Of a DNA stretch of 64,000 nucleotides, positions 26,990-36,898 are shown one piece after another. Position numbers and translations under genes: made by a program. Positions within the stretch are counted from its first letter, which is position 1. Every line of letters starts with the position of its first letter. Origin of the DNA: an uncultured Eubacteriales bacterium (GTDB lineage: Bacteria > Bacillota > Clostridia > Oscillospirales > Ruminococcaceae); the NCBI GenBank assembly GCA_900314975.1, contig OMXI01000004.1:5125-69124 (forward strand), given 5' to 3'. The notes beneath the pieces are model-generated. The model saw only the letters and a program-made list of their open reading frames with translations, had not been told where the DNA came from and did no database searches.

Positions 26990-27445
26990 TTATTCTTTCT
27001 TGTCCTCAAGTTTTGCAGCAGCTTCCTCTGTCTTGCCGTTAGCAAGCAGGTCTCTGATCTCTGTGAGCAGAACGATCTGCGGATCCGGTGCCTCAGGCTC
27101 TTCTTCCTTCTTCTTGCGGAACTTGTTGATAGCCTTTATCATAAGGAATACACAGAAAGCTGTGAGCAGGAATGTAACAACAGCCTCAAGGAACAGACCA
27201 TAGTAGATTTGCGGCTTGCTGCCCCAAGGAATAGTAATGCTCAGGCTCTTGAAGTTTACACCTGCGAGTATCATTCCCAGAATTGGTGTGAAGATATCCT
27301 CAACCAGCGATTTTACAATAGCTGTAAAAGCGCCGCCGATGATGATACCAACAGCCATATCCAGCACGCTGCCGCGGGAAATGAACTCTTTAAATTCCTT
27401 TATAAAGCCCTTCTTTTCCTTCTTTTCCTTATTTTCATCTGCCAT
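26990..27445 (-). CDS. mscL: Large-conductance mechanosensitive channel
   Basis: FKEFISRGSVLDMAVGIIIGGAFTAIVKSLVEDI is the conserved MscL N-terminus/TM1. Two TM segments and a charged C-terminus. Confidence 0.9.
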   Translation of the reverse strand: MADENKEKKEKKGFIKEFKEFISRGSVLDMAVGIIIGGAFTAIVKSLVEDIFTPILGMILAGVNFKSLSITIPWGSKPQIYYGLFLEAVVTFLLTAFCVFLMIKAINKFRKKKEEEPEAPDPQIVLLTEIRDLLANGKTEEAAAKLEDKKE

Positions 27446-27626
27446 ATTTTCCGACCCCCAAAATAATAAAATTTGTACTTATATTATACATTTTCCGACA
27501 GCCGTTGTAAATAGAGTTCACACAAATTTTACATTTTGAAAACCGCGCTGTTGCATAGAAAACTGTCCCCTAACGATCAATTCGGAGACAGTTTATTAAA
27601 GGGGTGTTAAAAATTGAAAGCTGATT

Positions 27627-29255
27627 TTATCCCTTGCACAGCTTAAGTGTTTCCTGCTGTCCGTCAAGCTCGTATGTAACGAACACACTCCCGCCGTCCA
27701 CATAAGCCTGTACGACCTTTGCACCGCGCAGCGCAAGAGCCTGCTCGAAAACCCGCTTTGCCTCCTCGCTGTAATCCGCGCAGTTGTCAGATGTAAACAA
27801 AAGTCCGCCGCAAAGCGCATTTACAAAAGCGAGGTTTTTCTTTTCGTTTGCGGTAAGCTGCGTGTTGCTGTCGCGCAGAAGGAAAACATCCGGGTCGTTA
27901 AGGAAAGCCCTGCCCGAAAGCTGCCGCCTGAAAACAGAGTCTGTCATCGTGTTTTTGGTAGAGGGGCGCTCGCTGTGGGTAAGGCGCATATGCGGCTTGT
28001 CGTCAAAATCAAGCGTCATATCGCAGCCTATGCGGCAAAAGTCCACCTTGCCGAAAGCCGACGCAAGCGGCACACCGCAGCCAAGTATCATACAGTCGCG
28101 CAGCTGCGTACGCAGGAAAGCCATAGCATCATCCATTATCTCGCCGCGTGTCTTGTCACGCCGCGGAAGCATGCACGCCGCGTACAGAAAATCCAGCTTG
28201 AACAGCTTAAAGCCGAGCTGCTTGTAATGTGCAAGCACCTGCCTGATGTATTCGCGCACCTGCCCGTTGTATATGTCAAGCGCGTAGCCGCCGCTCCAGT
28301 TGCAGCCCGTAAAAACAGGTCTGCCGCGCCTGTCAGTGAGCAGCCAGTCGGGGTGCTGCCTGTACAGCTTTGAATCGCGCTCGCACAAAAACGGCGCAAG
28401 CCATATTCCTGCGGTCAAGCCCTTTTGCTCAATGTCCTTAACAATGTGTTCAAGTCCGCTTGGGAACTTTTCCTCGTCAACATCCAGCCAGTCGCCCACA
28501 AATGTTTCAAATCCGTCATCTATCTGGAAAACATCAGGCTTTGCGGGCATACTGTCAAGCCCTGCAAGGTCAGATATGATTTTCAGCTCGTCAATATTCT
28601 GGTAGTGGTTGTACCAGCTGGTGTAGCCAAGCATTTTCGGCACGCTCGGTGCGGGTATCTTCATATCCTCAAACCAGCGGTCAAAAACCTCGTCCTCACC
28701 GCCCGTGTACAGCGCCACGTCAAGCGCATTGTAGCTGCCGCTGACAAGCCTGCCCGAGCAGTCCTTTGCAAATGTCACAGTATTTCTGCGTGTGTTGAAC
28801 TCTATCACCGTAAAGCCCGTGTTTTCCGCAAGGCTGCCGAAAAGTGTGTAGCCACTGCCGCTTCTGACATACGCGTAGGAGTACCCGTGGTGAACGCTCC
28901 TGCTTTGCTTGCCCCGGTAGAAAAATCCGTCGCCGTAGCGGTCAAGACCGTACTTGTCCGTGACCTTTGACGGCAGATATTTAAGCGCCCTGTCTGCCTG
29001 CCTTATCGAACGCTCGGGGCTGTAAGTCCAGCTCTGATACCCGTTGAGGAATATCTGCTGCGACGGGTCAAATGCAAAATCCATAGTGTATTCAACGCTT
29101 AAAAGCCTGAACTTTTGCTTTGGAATAAGCGTGAGACTTACCCTGCTTTCGCTGTTTTCGACCTGCGCCGTGAAAAGCGCACATTGCGTGTCCGCCGAAA
29201 GCTTGTAAGCGTGAACGCCGTCTTTTGCACGAAGTCTTATCTTAAAACTGTTCAT
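27627..29255 (-). CDS. Alpha-galactosidase, GH36-type (short, ~540-aa class)
   Basis: FQIDDGFE, GIWLAPF, FKLDFLY (KxD nucleophile region) and CRIGCDM fit melibiase/GH36 catalytic-barrel motifs. The start overlaps the upstream GPH transporter stop by 4 nt. Confidence 0.7.
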   Translation of the reverse strand: MNSFKIRLRAKDGVHAYKLSADTQCALFTAQVENSESRVSLTLIPKQKFRLLSVEYTMDFAFDPSQQIFLNGYQSWTYSPERSIRQADRALKYLPSKVTDKYGLDRYGDGFFYRGKQSRSVHHGYSYAYVRSGSGYTLFGSLAENTGFTVIEFNTRRNTVTFAKDCSGRLVSGSYNALDVALYTGGEDEVFDRWFEDMKIPAPSVPKMLGYTSWYNHYQNIDELKIISDLAGLDSMPAKPDVFQIDDGFETFVGDWLDVDEEKFPSGLEHIVKDIEQKGLTAGIWLAPFLCERDSKLYRQHPDWLLTDRRGRPVFTGCNWSGGYALDIYNGQVREYIRQVLAHYKQLGFKLFKLDFLYAACMLPRRDKTRGEIMDDAMAFLRTQLRDCMILGCGVPLASAFGKVDFCRIGCDMTLDFDDKPHMRLTHSERPSTKNTMTDSVFRRQLSGRAFLNDPDVFLLRDSNTQLTANEKKNLAFVNALCGGLLFTSDNCADYSEEAKRVFEQALALRGAKVVQAYVDGGSVFVTYELDGQQETLKLCKG

Positions 29256-30586
29256 TCATCTTCTCCCTTCGCGTGCTTTTCAATAATAGCCATAACGTTC
29301 TTTTCTTTGTAAAGGAACAGCAGGACCGCGCCGATAGTGCAGCATACAGCCGCAATAACAGCGGTCAGCCTGTAGGAGCTTTCCGTCGCCGCAGTAGTTA
29401 CCGATGTGAACACCAGCAGTGAAATAGCCTGACCCATCTTGAAAGCGAACGTTCTCGCCGCAAAGAACATACCCTCGCGCTTTTCGCCCGTCTGAATAGC
29501 GTCAGCCTCGGAGATATCCGCAACGATAGCCTGCGGCAGAATACCCAGTATCGCCATCGGTATGCCAGCCAGCGCCGCAATGATGTATCCCCAGATAATG
29601 CCCTCGCCGCACATAGCGGTCAGCACAAATACGCCCGTGTAGAAGAAAAATCCGAAGATAACAAGCTTCTTTTTGCCCATTTTCTGCGCCAGTTTGTTTA
29701 CAGGCAGATACAGTATAAGGCTTGATACCGTCATTATCACCGACAGCATAAACGTGTTTGAATCCGAGACCTTCATCAGCTTTGTAACGTAGAACGCAAG
29801 ACCCGTCTGGAAAAGCGTTACCGCAAAGAAATAGATAACGTCGGAATATACAAAGCGTCTGAACTGCGCGTTTTTGAACGTCTTGAACAGTGACTGAAGC
29901 GAGTCTGTCTCGCTTGGCTTAACGTCGATGTAATCGCTTTCTTTAATGACAAATGCAGGTATCAGCATGCATATTGCCGCCACAAGCGACATCACGCCGA
30001 TAGCCGCCCTTATCGAGCCTGCCTTGCCCGCGAATGAGAATATCCCCGCAACGTTTGGCACAAGATACGATACCGAAAGACCCACGATATAAGTCAGCGA
30101 AATAAACGTAGAAACGTTTACTCTGTTTTTCTGCGTGTTGCCAAGCTCCGGCAGAAGCGCGTTGTACGGCGTGCAGTATGTCGTCATAAACAGATAGAAC
30201 AGCACCAGCCCCACAAACAGTATCACGTCGTTTATCACTACCGACGAGAACGACGGCAGAATAAAAATCAGCGACGTAACAAGTGCGAACGGTATAGCCG
30301 CTATCCGCATAAACGGTATGCGTCTGCCGTTTGGGTTCTTTGAACGGTCTGACATACCTGCGATAAGCGGGTCTGTCACCGCGTCAAATACACGTCCGAA
30401 AGCAGTAATAAGACCGATTATCGTCAGCCCGAGAAAGACCGTGCCCTGCGTGATGTGTCCCGCAAGGATACCATCACCCGTGTAGTAAAACACCAGCCAG
30501 TTGCTTATAAGACCGGCAAGCAAACTCCAGCCGAACTGACCTACCGCGAATATCCACAGTATCTTGTTTGTGATAGGCTTTTTCAT
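29252..30586 (-). CDS. Glycoside-pentoside-hexuronide (GPH):cation symporter family MFS transporter
   Basis: 12-TM profile. The GRVFDAVTDPLIAGMSDR motif (D..DP..G..SD) is typical of MelB/GPH transporters. AAGGAGG RBS. Confidence 0.75.
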   Translation of the reverse strand: MKKPITNKILWIFAVGQFGWSLLAGLISNWLVFYYTGDGILAGHITQGTVFLGLTIIGLITAFGRVFDAVTDPLIAGMSDRSKNPNGRRIPFMRIAAIPFALVTSLIFILPSFSSVVINDVILFVGLVLFYLFMTTYCTPYNALLPELGNTQKNRVNVSTFISLTYIVGLSVSYLVPNVAGIFSFAGKAGSIRAAIGVMSLVAAICMLIPAFVIKESDYIDVKPSETDSLQSLFKTFKNAQFRRFVYSDVIYFFAVTLFQTGLAFYVTKLMKVSDSNTFMLSVIMTVSSLILYLPVNKLAQKMGKKKLVIFGFFFYTGVFVLTAMCGEGIIWGYIIAALAGIPMAILGILPQAIVADISEADAIQTGEKREGMFFAARTFAFKMGQAISLLVFTSVTTAATESSYRLTAVIAAVCCTIGAVLLFLYKEKNVMAIIEKHAKGEDE

Positions 30587-30601
30587 AGTAAAAATACCTC
30601 C

Positions 30602-31243
30602 TTACGCTTTTATGTAGCTTAAAAAGATGTCGGTCATAATGTCGACCTCGCTTGAGTCTGCAAAGTTGTCCTGCGACAGTATCTCTCCCGAAACGAGCTT
30701 TTGCACCACCGCCATAAGCGCGTGGTTGCAGGTGAGATAATACTGCTTTTTGTCAATGCCCTGCTTTATGCTCCCGTCATCAACTCCGCAGTCGAACGCG
30801 TCGCTGAAAAATCTGTAAAGTGTGGTGATTATCTGCTCGTAGTCAGCAAGCTTGCTCGGCTCTACCTTATTATTAAGACAGTACGAGTCAAACACCGCCA
30901 CAAACTTTACAAACTCCTTATACTCGTCGCACAGTATCTTGTAAACGCGGAAAATTCGCGATACACGCTCAAAGCCGTTCAGCGAGAGAAACTCCTCGCT
31001 CTTGTAATCGGGAAGTATCTTTCCGATGACCTCCTCCCACATCTTCACAGCGCACGCGATAACGAGCTTTTCCTTCGTATCAAAGTACCTGTAAAGTGAT
31101 GCTATGCCGATCTTCGCCCTGCGCGCTATCTCGGTCATCTTCACGCTGTCAATGCCTCTTTCGCGAAAAAGCTCACAGCCCGCATCAACAGCCGACGAAA
31201 TGTTGTTTTGTTTAATTTGTGTGAGATATTTTTGATAATCCAC
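30602..31243 (-). CDS. TetR/AcrR family transcriptional regulator
   Basis: N-terminal HTH (VKMTEIARRAKIGIASLYRYFDTKEKL). GTG start at 31243. It is the first gene of the TetR-GPH-alpha-galactosidase unit. Confidence 0.8.
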   Translation of the reverse strand: MDYQKYLTQIKQNNISSAVDAGCELFRERGIDSVKMTEIARRAKIGIASLYRYFDTKEKLVIACAVKMWEEVIGKILPDYKSEEFLSLNGFERVSRIFRVYKILCDEYKEFVKFVAVFDSYCLNNKVEPSKLADYEQIITTLYRFFSDAFDCGVDDGSIKQGIDKKQYYLTCNHALMAVVQKLVSGEILSQDNFADSSEVDIMTDIFLSYIKA

Positions 31244-31317
31244 TTGACAATCACCTTTTTTCGTGTTATTATATAAGTGGTGATAGTTAAACTATCATAT
31301 GATACTACAAGTATCAT
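31244..31317 (+). promoter_or_regulatory. Divergent promoter plus two palindromic operator candidates (TetR sites)
   Basis: TTGACA (31244-31249), a 17-nt spacer, then TATTAT (31267-31272). Two palindromes follow: TGATAGTT-a-AACTATCA (31281-31297) and ATGATACT-aca-AGTATCAT (31299-31317). They share the half-site TGATA(G/C)T. Confidence 0.5.
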
Positions 31318-31400
31318 AACACATATACATACATTTGTCAATTGTAAAAATCACACAAAAAACGCCCTTCCTGTTTGACTAAAACAACGTAAGGGAAGCT

Positions 31401-32873
31401 ATGGAAAGGATGGCTGCGGTTATGGACAGAACAAGCGTTATCTTTGGAAACAAAATGCCCGAAAGTGTTATCAGAAAGGCTGAAAAGAGCAAGCGCGACT
31501 TTATCAAAAAGTTTGGCGACGACAGCGGTGTGGATTATCATTTCACCGCAAAGGAAAACTCTGTCATCGGTAAAAGCCTTGGCGTGCAGGAGCTTTGTCT
31601 CTCGGACAAGGATGAACTGTCCCTGCCCGAAAATGCTGTGATAATCGGCAATATCCGTATGGGCTTCGGTCATTACCGCATCTCTATGGCTATGGCATCT
31701 GCGGCGAAAAAGCTGGGCTATGTGCCGTACTGGCTCGACCTTTGCTCGCTCAAAGGCACGACCTGTGCAAAGATTATCGAGCATCAGAACGAGCTTTACT
31801 CGCTGGGTTCAAGAATATCGCAGAAAAGCCGCGTGTTCAATAAGGTAGTGTGGGAGCCTGTAAACTACGATATGTTCAAGCAGCTTTCCTATAACGCCGC
31901 CGACCAGAAAAATGCCGAGCTTATGGCGAACGCAATAAAGAGCCTTCCCAAAGACGTACCATTTATCGCAACGCACGTGTGGCCCGCACAGGCGGCTGTC
32001 CACGCAGGCTTCACCAACGTTGTGAACGCTATCCCTGACAACTGGCCGATGGCACTTCATTACGCCGAGGGCAGCATACATACCGTGCAGACCCCGTCAG
32101 CGTATCTTGGCTATAAGGCTCTGCGCGAAATGGCAAAGCGCAGGCTAAAGCCTATGCCCGACGGCACGCTCTTTGACGTGGGACACTATGTCGACGATGA
32201 GCTTACCGCAAATATCGAAAGCGACAATGCCGCGCGCATAAAGCGCATAAAAGACGGCAAGCCGAGAAGATACCTGCTCACAGTCGGCGGTGCAGGCGCG
32301 CAGGTGGATATCTTTGCACATATCATTTCAAGACTGCTGCCAAAGATAAAGAAGAATAAAGCCGCGCTGTTCATCAATGTCGGCGACCACAAAAACGTCT
32401 GGGAGCAGCTGAAGCAAAAGCTGCCAAAGCTCGCTGACAGTACAGAGCATTTCAACGACTTTGACGAAACCGAAAGCTTCTGTGCCGATGCGATCGAGGG
32501 AGAGGTAACGGGCGTTCATGCATTCTGTAACGATGATATCTTTGCAGCCGTATACTCCACAAATCTGCTTATGCGCGCCACCGATGTGCTTATCACCAAG
32601 CCCAGCGAGCTTTCGTTCTATCCCGTTCCAAAGCTGATGATAAAGCGCGTGGGCGGTCACGAGCGCTGGGGCGCGATACGTGCCGCCGAGGTAGGCGACG
32701 GTACCTACGAGTGCGACACCCTGCCGCAGATATATACCATGCTCGATTTACTGCAAAGCTGCGACGAGGCGCTTTTGAATATGATAGAAAACATCTCAAA
32801 GAACAACAAGGCAGGTCTGTACAACGGCGCGTATAAGGTCGTTGAGCTTGCCACAGGCAAGTTCACTAAATAA
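31401..32873 (+). CDS. Putative GT-B fold glycosyltransferase-like protein (MGDG-synthase/MurG-like), function unknown
   Basis: IGNIRMGFGHYRI (N-domain G-rich loop), LLTVGGAGAQ (C-domain start) and VLITKPSELSFYPVPKL...GGHE parallel the GT28/MGDG-synthase layout. This is recognition by eye only. The start codon is uncertain among three nearby ATGs. Confidence 0.5.
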   Translation: MERMAAVMDRTSVIFGNKMPESVIRKAEKSKRDFIKKFGDDSGVDYHFTAKENSVIGKSLGVQELCLSDKDELSLPENAVIIGNIRMGFGHYRISMAMASAAKKLGYVPYWLDLCSLKGTTCAKIIEHQNELYSLGSRISQKSRVFNKVVWEPVNYDMFKQLSYNAADQKNAELMANAIKSLPKDVPFIATHVWPAQAAVHAGFTNVVNAIPDNWPMALHYAEGSIHTVQTPSAYLGYKALREMAKRRLKPMPDGTLFDVGHYVDDELTANIESDNAARIKRIKDGKPRRYLLTVGGAGAQVDIFAHIISRLLPKIKKNKAALFINVGDHKNVWEQLKQKLPKLADSTEHFNDFDETESFCADAIEGEVTGVHAFCNDDIFAAVYSTNLLMRATDVLITKPSELSFYPVPKLMIKRVGGHERWGAIRAAEVGDGTYECDTLPQIYTMLDLLQSCDEALLNMIENISKNNKAGLYNGAYKVVELATGKFTK

Positions 32874-32905
32874 GCAAACACTACATCTCTCCATATATGT
32901 AAAAG

Positions 32906-32933
32906 CAGGGCAGGTCACTGTCCTGTTTTTTTT
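32906..32933 (+). terminator. Rho-independent terminator
   Basis: CAGGGCA-ggtcac-TGTCCTG is followed by a T8 run. Confidence 0.55.
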
Positions 32934-32975
32934 GTAATTTTCAGCCGCACCCGCGCATATATATTACCAAAACTC

Positions 32976-33683
32976 TTGAAATGTGGTGATACTGTGCTTT
33001 TTCATCTGCTCGATTTTTTGTGTTCAAACTTTCTGTTTTTCGCACTTCACTTTGACAGCACCTCGACCTTCCCTAAGCCGCTTTCGGCAAAGGAAGAACG
33101 CCGCTGCTTCGAGGCTATGGCAGCGGGCGACAAAAGCGCGCGCGACAAGCTGATAGAGCATAACCTTCGCCTCGTGGCTCACATAATAAAAAAGTATTAC
33201 TCCGCCTCAAGCGAGCAGGAGGACCTTATCTCCATAGGTACCATAGGTCTTATAAAAGCAGTGTCTACCTTTGATTACACCAAGGGTACGCGCTTTGCCA
33301 CTTACGGCAGCAGATGCGTCGAAAACGAGATACTTATGCACTTTCGCTCGCTTAAAAAGACCGCGCTCGACCGCTATTTTGACGACCCCGTGGACTCTGA
33401 TAAGGACGGCAACAGCCTTTGCCTTATCGACCTTATCGCCAGCGGGGAGGATATCGGCGACAGAATAGAGCTTATCATCCGCTGCGAGCAGCTTTACAAG
33501 CACATAGAGAGCGAGCTTGACGAGCGCGAAAAGCAGATAATCCGTATGCGCTACGGACTGAACAGCGGCAGAGCGCTTACACAGCGCGAGGTAGCACAAA
33601 AGCTCGGTATATCGCGTTCTTATGTTTCAAGAATAGAAAAGAAAGCGCTTGAGGCTCTGCGAGCAAAGTTTGAGGGAAAATAA
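32976..33683 (+). CDS. sigK: Sporulation sigma factor SigK (pro-sigma-K), uninterrupted
   Basis: Hydrophobic pro-sequence followed by FPKPLS..EE. LIEHNLRLVAHIIKKY, DLISIGTIGLIKAV, TYGSRCVENEILMHFRSLKK and the region 4 HTH (TQREVAQKLGISRSYVSRIEKKAL) match SigK rather than SigE or SigG. The start is non-ATG: TTG 32976 or GTG 32994. Confidence 0.8.
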   Translation: MKCGDTVLFHLLDFLCSNFLFFALHFDSTSTFPKPLSAKEERRCFEAMAAGDKSARDKLIEHNLRLVAHIIKKYYSASSEQEDLISIGTIGLIKAVSTFDYTKGTRFATYGSRCVENEILMHFRSLKKTALDRYFDDPVDSDKDGNSLCLIDLIASGEDIGDRIELIIRCEQLYKHIESELDEREKQIIRMRYGLNSGRALTQREVAQKLGISRSYVSRIEKKALEALRAKFEGK

Positions 33684-33836
33684 CCAAAAACAGCCGCAGC
33701 GATTTGTACAAACAGTACATTATTTGGCTTTTTGCCTCGATTTGTGCAAATAATACGAAATTTTACTTGAAAATGTTTCGATAATATGTTATAATGACTA
33801 TGTAATTTTGAACAACAGTCAAAAGGAGGGTAAGCC

Positions 33837-36800
33837 ATGGAAAACGCAAAAACGGTTCTTATCGTTGACGATGCCTTTATCAACCGTGCCTTACTGAAAA
33901 AGCTGCTTTCCGACCAGTATAATCTCATCGAGGCGGAAAACGGCAAAATAGCTATGGATATCCTCAATGGCAGCACGACAGTTTCGTGCGTGCTGCTTGA
34001 CCTTGAAATGCCTGTTATGGACGGATTTGAGGTGCTTGCAAGGATGCGGGTAAACCCCAAGTTCAATAAGATACCTATCGTAGTGACAACAGGCGGAGAG
34101 GATGCGGATAACGAGATAAAGGCACTCTCTTACGGCGCGTGGGATTTCATAAAGAAACCGTTTGTGCCGCAGGTGCTGCGTTTCCGCATAAAGAACGCTA
34201 TCGAAAGAAGCCAGTTCGCCGCTTTCGAGCAGCTCAAATACGTTGCGGAATTCGATACCCTCACCGACATCTTCAACAGGGACAAGTTCTATTCCGAGAC
34301 CCAAAGGCTTATAAGCGAACACCCTGATAAGCGATTTGCGATAATAAGACTTGATATAAACCATTTCAGCCTTATCAACTCGTTCTTTGGAATGGACGAG
34401 GGCAACTCGCTGCTCAAATATATTGCAAAGCATCTGCGCGTTAATACCGCAGACTTCATGGGCAGTGCCTTCGGACGTATGGAGGCTGATATTTTCGGCA
34501 TCTGCGTGCCTTTTTCGGACAAGCAGACTATAGAGCATTTTGTTATGCGAAGCATGAATGCGCTTCAGAATTTCTCCAGCGCTTACTATATCGTGCCCTG
34601 CTTTGGCATCTATATCACGGGCGAGGAGGATATTCCTGTCTCGATTATGTTTGACCGAGCAACGCTTGCGGCAAAGCACTGCAAGGGCAACTATGTCAAC
34701 TACTTTGAGTATTATAACGACGATATGCGCCTGCGTATCGAAAAAGAGCAGGAGATAGTCAACGATATGAACTATGCCCTGCAGGATAATCAGTTCACTA
34801 TCTACGTCCAGCCCAAGTACAACGTTATGACCAATACCCCCGCAGGCGGCGAGGTGCTGGTAAGGTGGATACACCCAAAGAAAGGCATGATACCTCCGGG
34901 ACTGTTCATACCGCTGTTTGAGAAAAACGGCTTCGTTGTTAAGCTCGACGCGTATGTGTGGGAGGAAGCCTGCAAGGTGCTCAAGGGCTGGCTCAACGAG
35001 GGCAAAAAGCCAAATCCGCTTTCGGTCAACGTATCGCGCGTTAATATCTATAACCCGCACTTTGTCGATAACATCATAAAGCTTGTCGACAGGTATCAGG
35101 TGCCGCATAACCTGTTTAATATCGAGCTTACCGAGAGTGCGTATACCGATAACCCTGATATCCTTGTAAAGACGATATACAGGCTGCAAAAGGAAGGCTT
35201 CTCAATAATGATGGACGACTTCGGCAGCGGCTATTCGTCACTTTCCATGCTCAAAAATATCCCCGTAGATATATTGAAAATCGATATGAACTTTTTTGTT
35301 GATGCCAACAAAAAGAGCAGGTGCGAAAGCATAGTCGCATCTATCGTGCGTATGAGCAAGTGGCTCAACATACCCGTTATCGCAGAGGGCGTTGAAACCG
35401 CCGAACTTGTAGGTTTTCTGCGCGAGATAGGCTGCGACTATATACAGGGCTACTACTATGCTAAACCGATGTGTATAAAGGACTACGAGCGCTATGCCTT
35501 CACACCAGACAGCAGCATAAACAGTATGCTCGGCAGCGAGGGCGACGAGGTAATGACCCATATCGACGAGGTGCTCGGCTTTGCGGATAATACCCAGCCC
35601 GTTGCAATAATCGAATGTGATGCGCATATGCCCGAGGACGTGGAGATAATCCGCGTGAACGATGCGTTCTTTGAGCTGCTCAATTCACCCACGCGCGTGC
35701 TTTATAAGTACAATCCGCTTGATATCGTCTACGAGCGCGACAGGTGGAAGATAGTTGAATCACTGCGTGAAACTATCGAAACAAAAGCATCGGCAGAGTG
35801 TGAGTACAGCCGCTATATCGCCTTCAGCAACAGCTATAAGAGTATCCACGCAAAGTTTGAGTATATCGATATGATAGGCAATAAGTGTATCCTGCTCGCA
35901 CGGCTTGAGGATATAACCGTCGAGCGCGAGTTTGAAAAGAAGCTCAAAAAGCTGCGCCAGTCTATGCACAATCAGGCAGGCGTTACCAGCCGTATGCTGA
36001 TAATTGACGATCTGGAGATAAACCGCGAAACGCTGTCCTCTTTCTTTGAGAACAGATTTCGTATCTTCACCGCCGAAAACGGCAAGAAGGCGCTTGAACT
36101 TTTGCAGGAAAACAGCAATATGGATATCATCCTGCTTGACCTCAATATGCCCGAAATGAACGGCGAGGAGTTCCTTAAAGCGAAAAACGCAGACCCCGTG
36201 CTGCGCAATATTCCCGTTGTCATAACCACAGCCGAGGATTCACCGCGGCAGCAGCAGGCAATGATAAACCTCAATGTCAATGACTATATCGTAAGCCCGT
36301 TCGTGCGCGAAACTATGGTTCGCAGGGTCGATAACGTGCTTGAATCCGACAGGTATTTCCGCGATGTGATAAATAAGCACGCAGCAAACACGGGCATAAT
36401 CCACGACTATACCACAGGTATCTATAACAGAGCAACAGGCGAAAAGCTCATCAACAGTATGATGCAGCTCAAAGCGGGCTTGTATGCATTCCTTATTATC
36501 GATATCGACCATTTCAGAAAGATAAACAAGGAAAGCGGAACACAAACCGCAGACCGAATGCTCTTTGAGCTTGCGCAGATGCTTACAGCTATGTTCAGAA
36601 CCAACGACGTCGTTGCAAGAATAGGCGATGACGAGATATGCGTGCTTATGAGCAATATAGCAAACGAAGAGTCTGTTGACGAAAAGTGCCACCAGATAAC
36701 AGAAAAAGTTTCAGCGCTTGACCTTAAGCTGACCGAAAGCAGCTGCCTGTCGTGTACTATCGGCGCAGTGGTTACAGATAAGAACGAAAGCTTTGACAGT

Positions 36801-36881
36801 ATGCTCACGCAGGCAAATGACGAACTTGAAAAAGCACGCAGCGAGGGAGCAAGCTGGTCTGTAAAAGTTATCGGGGACTGA
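33837..36881 (+). CDS. Dual-receiver c-di-GMP signalling protein: REC - degenerate GGDEF - EAL - linker/PAS-like - REC - degenerate GGDEF
   Basis: REC1 (VLIVDD...LLDLEMPVMDG...KP) and REC2 (MLIIDD...LLDLNMPEMNG). EAL motifs look intact: EVLVRW, ELTES, DDFGSGYSSL, KIDMNF, AEGVET, QGYYYAKP. The GGDEF signatures are altered: GRMEADIFGI (~34473-34499) and RIGDDEICVL (~36618-36641). Confidence 0.85.
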   Translation: MENAKTVLIVDDAFINRALLKKLLSDQYNLIEAENGKIAMDILNGSTTVSCVLLDLEMPVMDGFEVLARMRVNPKFNKIPIVVTTGGEDADNEIKALSYGAWDFIKKPFVPQVLRFRIKNAIERSQFAAFEQLKYVAEFDTLTDIFNRDKFYSETQRLISEHPDKRFAIIRLDINHFSLINSFFGMDEGNSLLKYIAKHLRVNTADFMGSAFGRMEADIFGICVPFSDKQTIEHFVMRSMNALQNFSSAYYIVPCFGIYITGEEDIPVSIMFDRATLAAKHCKGNYVNYFEYYNDDMRLRIEKEQEIVNDMNYALQDNQFTIYVQPKYNVMTNTPAGGEVLVRWIHPKKGMIPPGLFIPLFEKNGFVVKLDAYVWEEACKVLKGWLNEGKKPNPLSVNVSRVNIYNPHFVDNIIKLVDRYQVPHNLFNIELTESAYTDNPDILVKTIYRLQKEGFSIMMDDFGSGYSSLSMLKNIPVDILKIDMNFFVDANKKSRCESIVASIVRMSKWLNIPVIAEGVETAELVGFLREIGCDYIQGYYYAKPMCIKDYERYAFTPDSSINSMLGSEGDEVMTHIDEVLGFADNTQPVAIIECDAHMPEDVEIIRVNDAFFELLNSPTRVLYKYNPLDIVYERDRWKIVESLRETIETKASAECEYSRYIAFSNSYKSIHAKFEYIDMIGNKCILLARLEDITVEREFEKKLKKLRQSMHNQAGVTSRMLIIDDLEINRETLSSFFENRFRIFTAENGKKALELLQENSNMDIILLDLNMPEMNGEEFLKAKNADPVLRNIPVVITTAEDSPRQQQAMINLNVNDYIVSPFVRETMVRRVDNVLESDRYFRDVINKHAANTGIIHDYTTGIYNRATGEKLINSMMQLKAGLYAFLIIDIDHFRKINKESGTQTADRMLFELAQMLTAMFRTNDVVARIGDDEICVLMSNIANEESVDEKCHQITEKVSALDLKLTESSCLSCTIGAVVTDKNESFDSMLTQANDELEKARSEGASWSVKVIGD

Positions 36882-36898
36882 ACCGAAAAGGAGCAGCT

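Noticed and set aside
26355-27203. 282-aa plus-strand ORF
   Set aside because: It is antisense to the MBL hydrolase gene and to the mscL 3' end, crosses an intergenic region, and carries no motifs.
33891-35189. 432-aa ORF on the minus strand
   Set aside because: It lies entirely antisense to the well-supported REC-GGDEF-EAL gene. It has no RBS and no recognisable motif, and its Leu/Arg/His-rich composition is typical of shadow ORFs in G+C-rich coding DNA.
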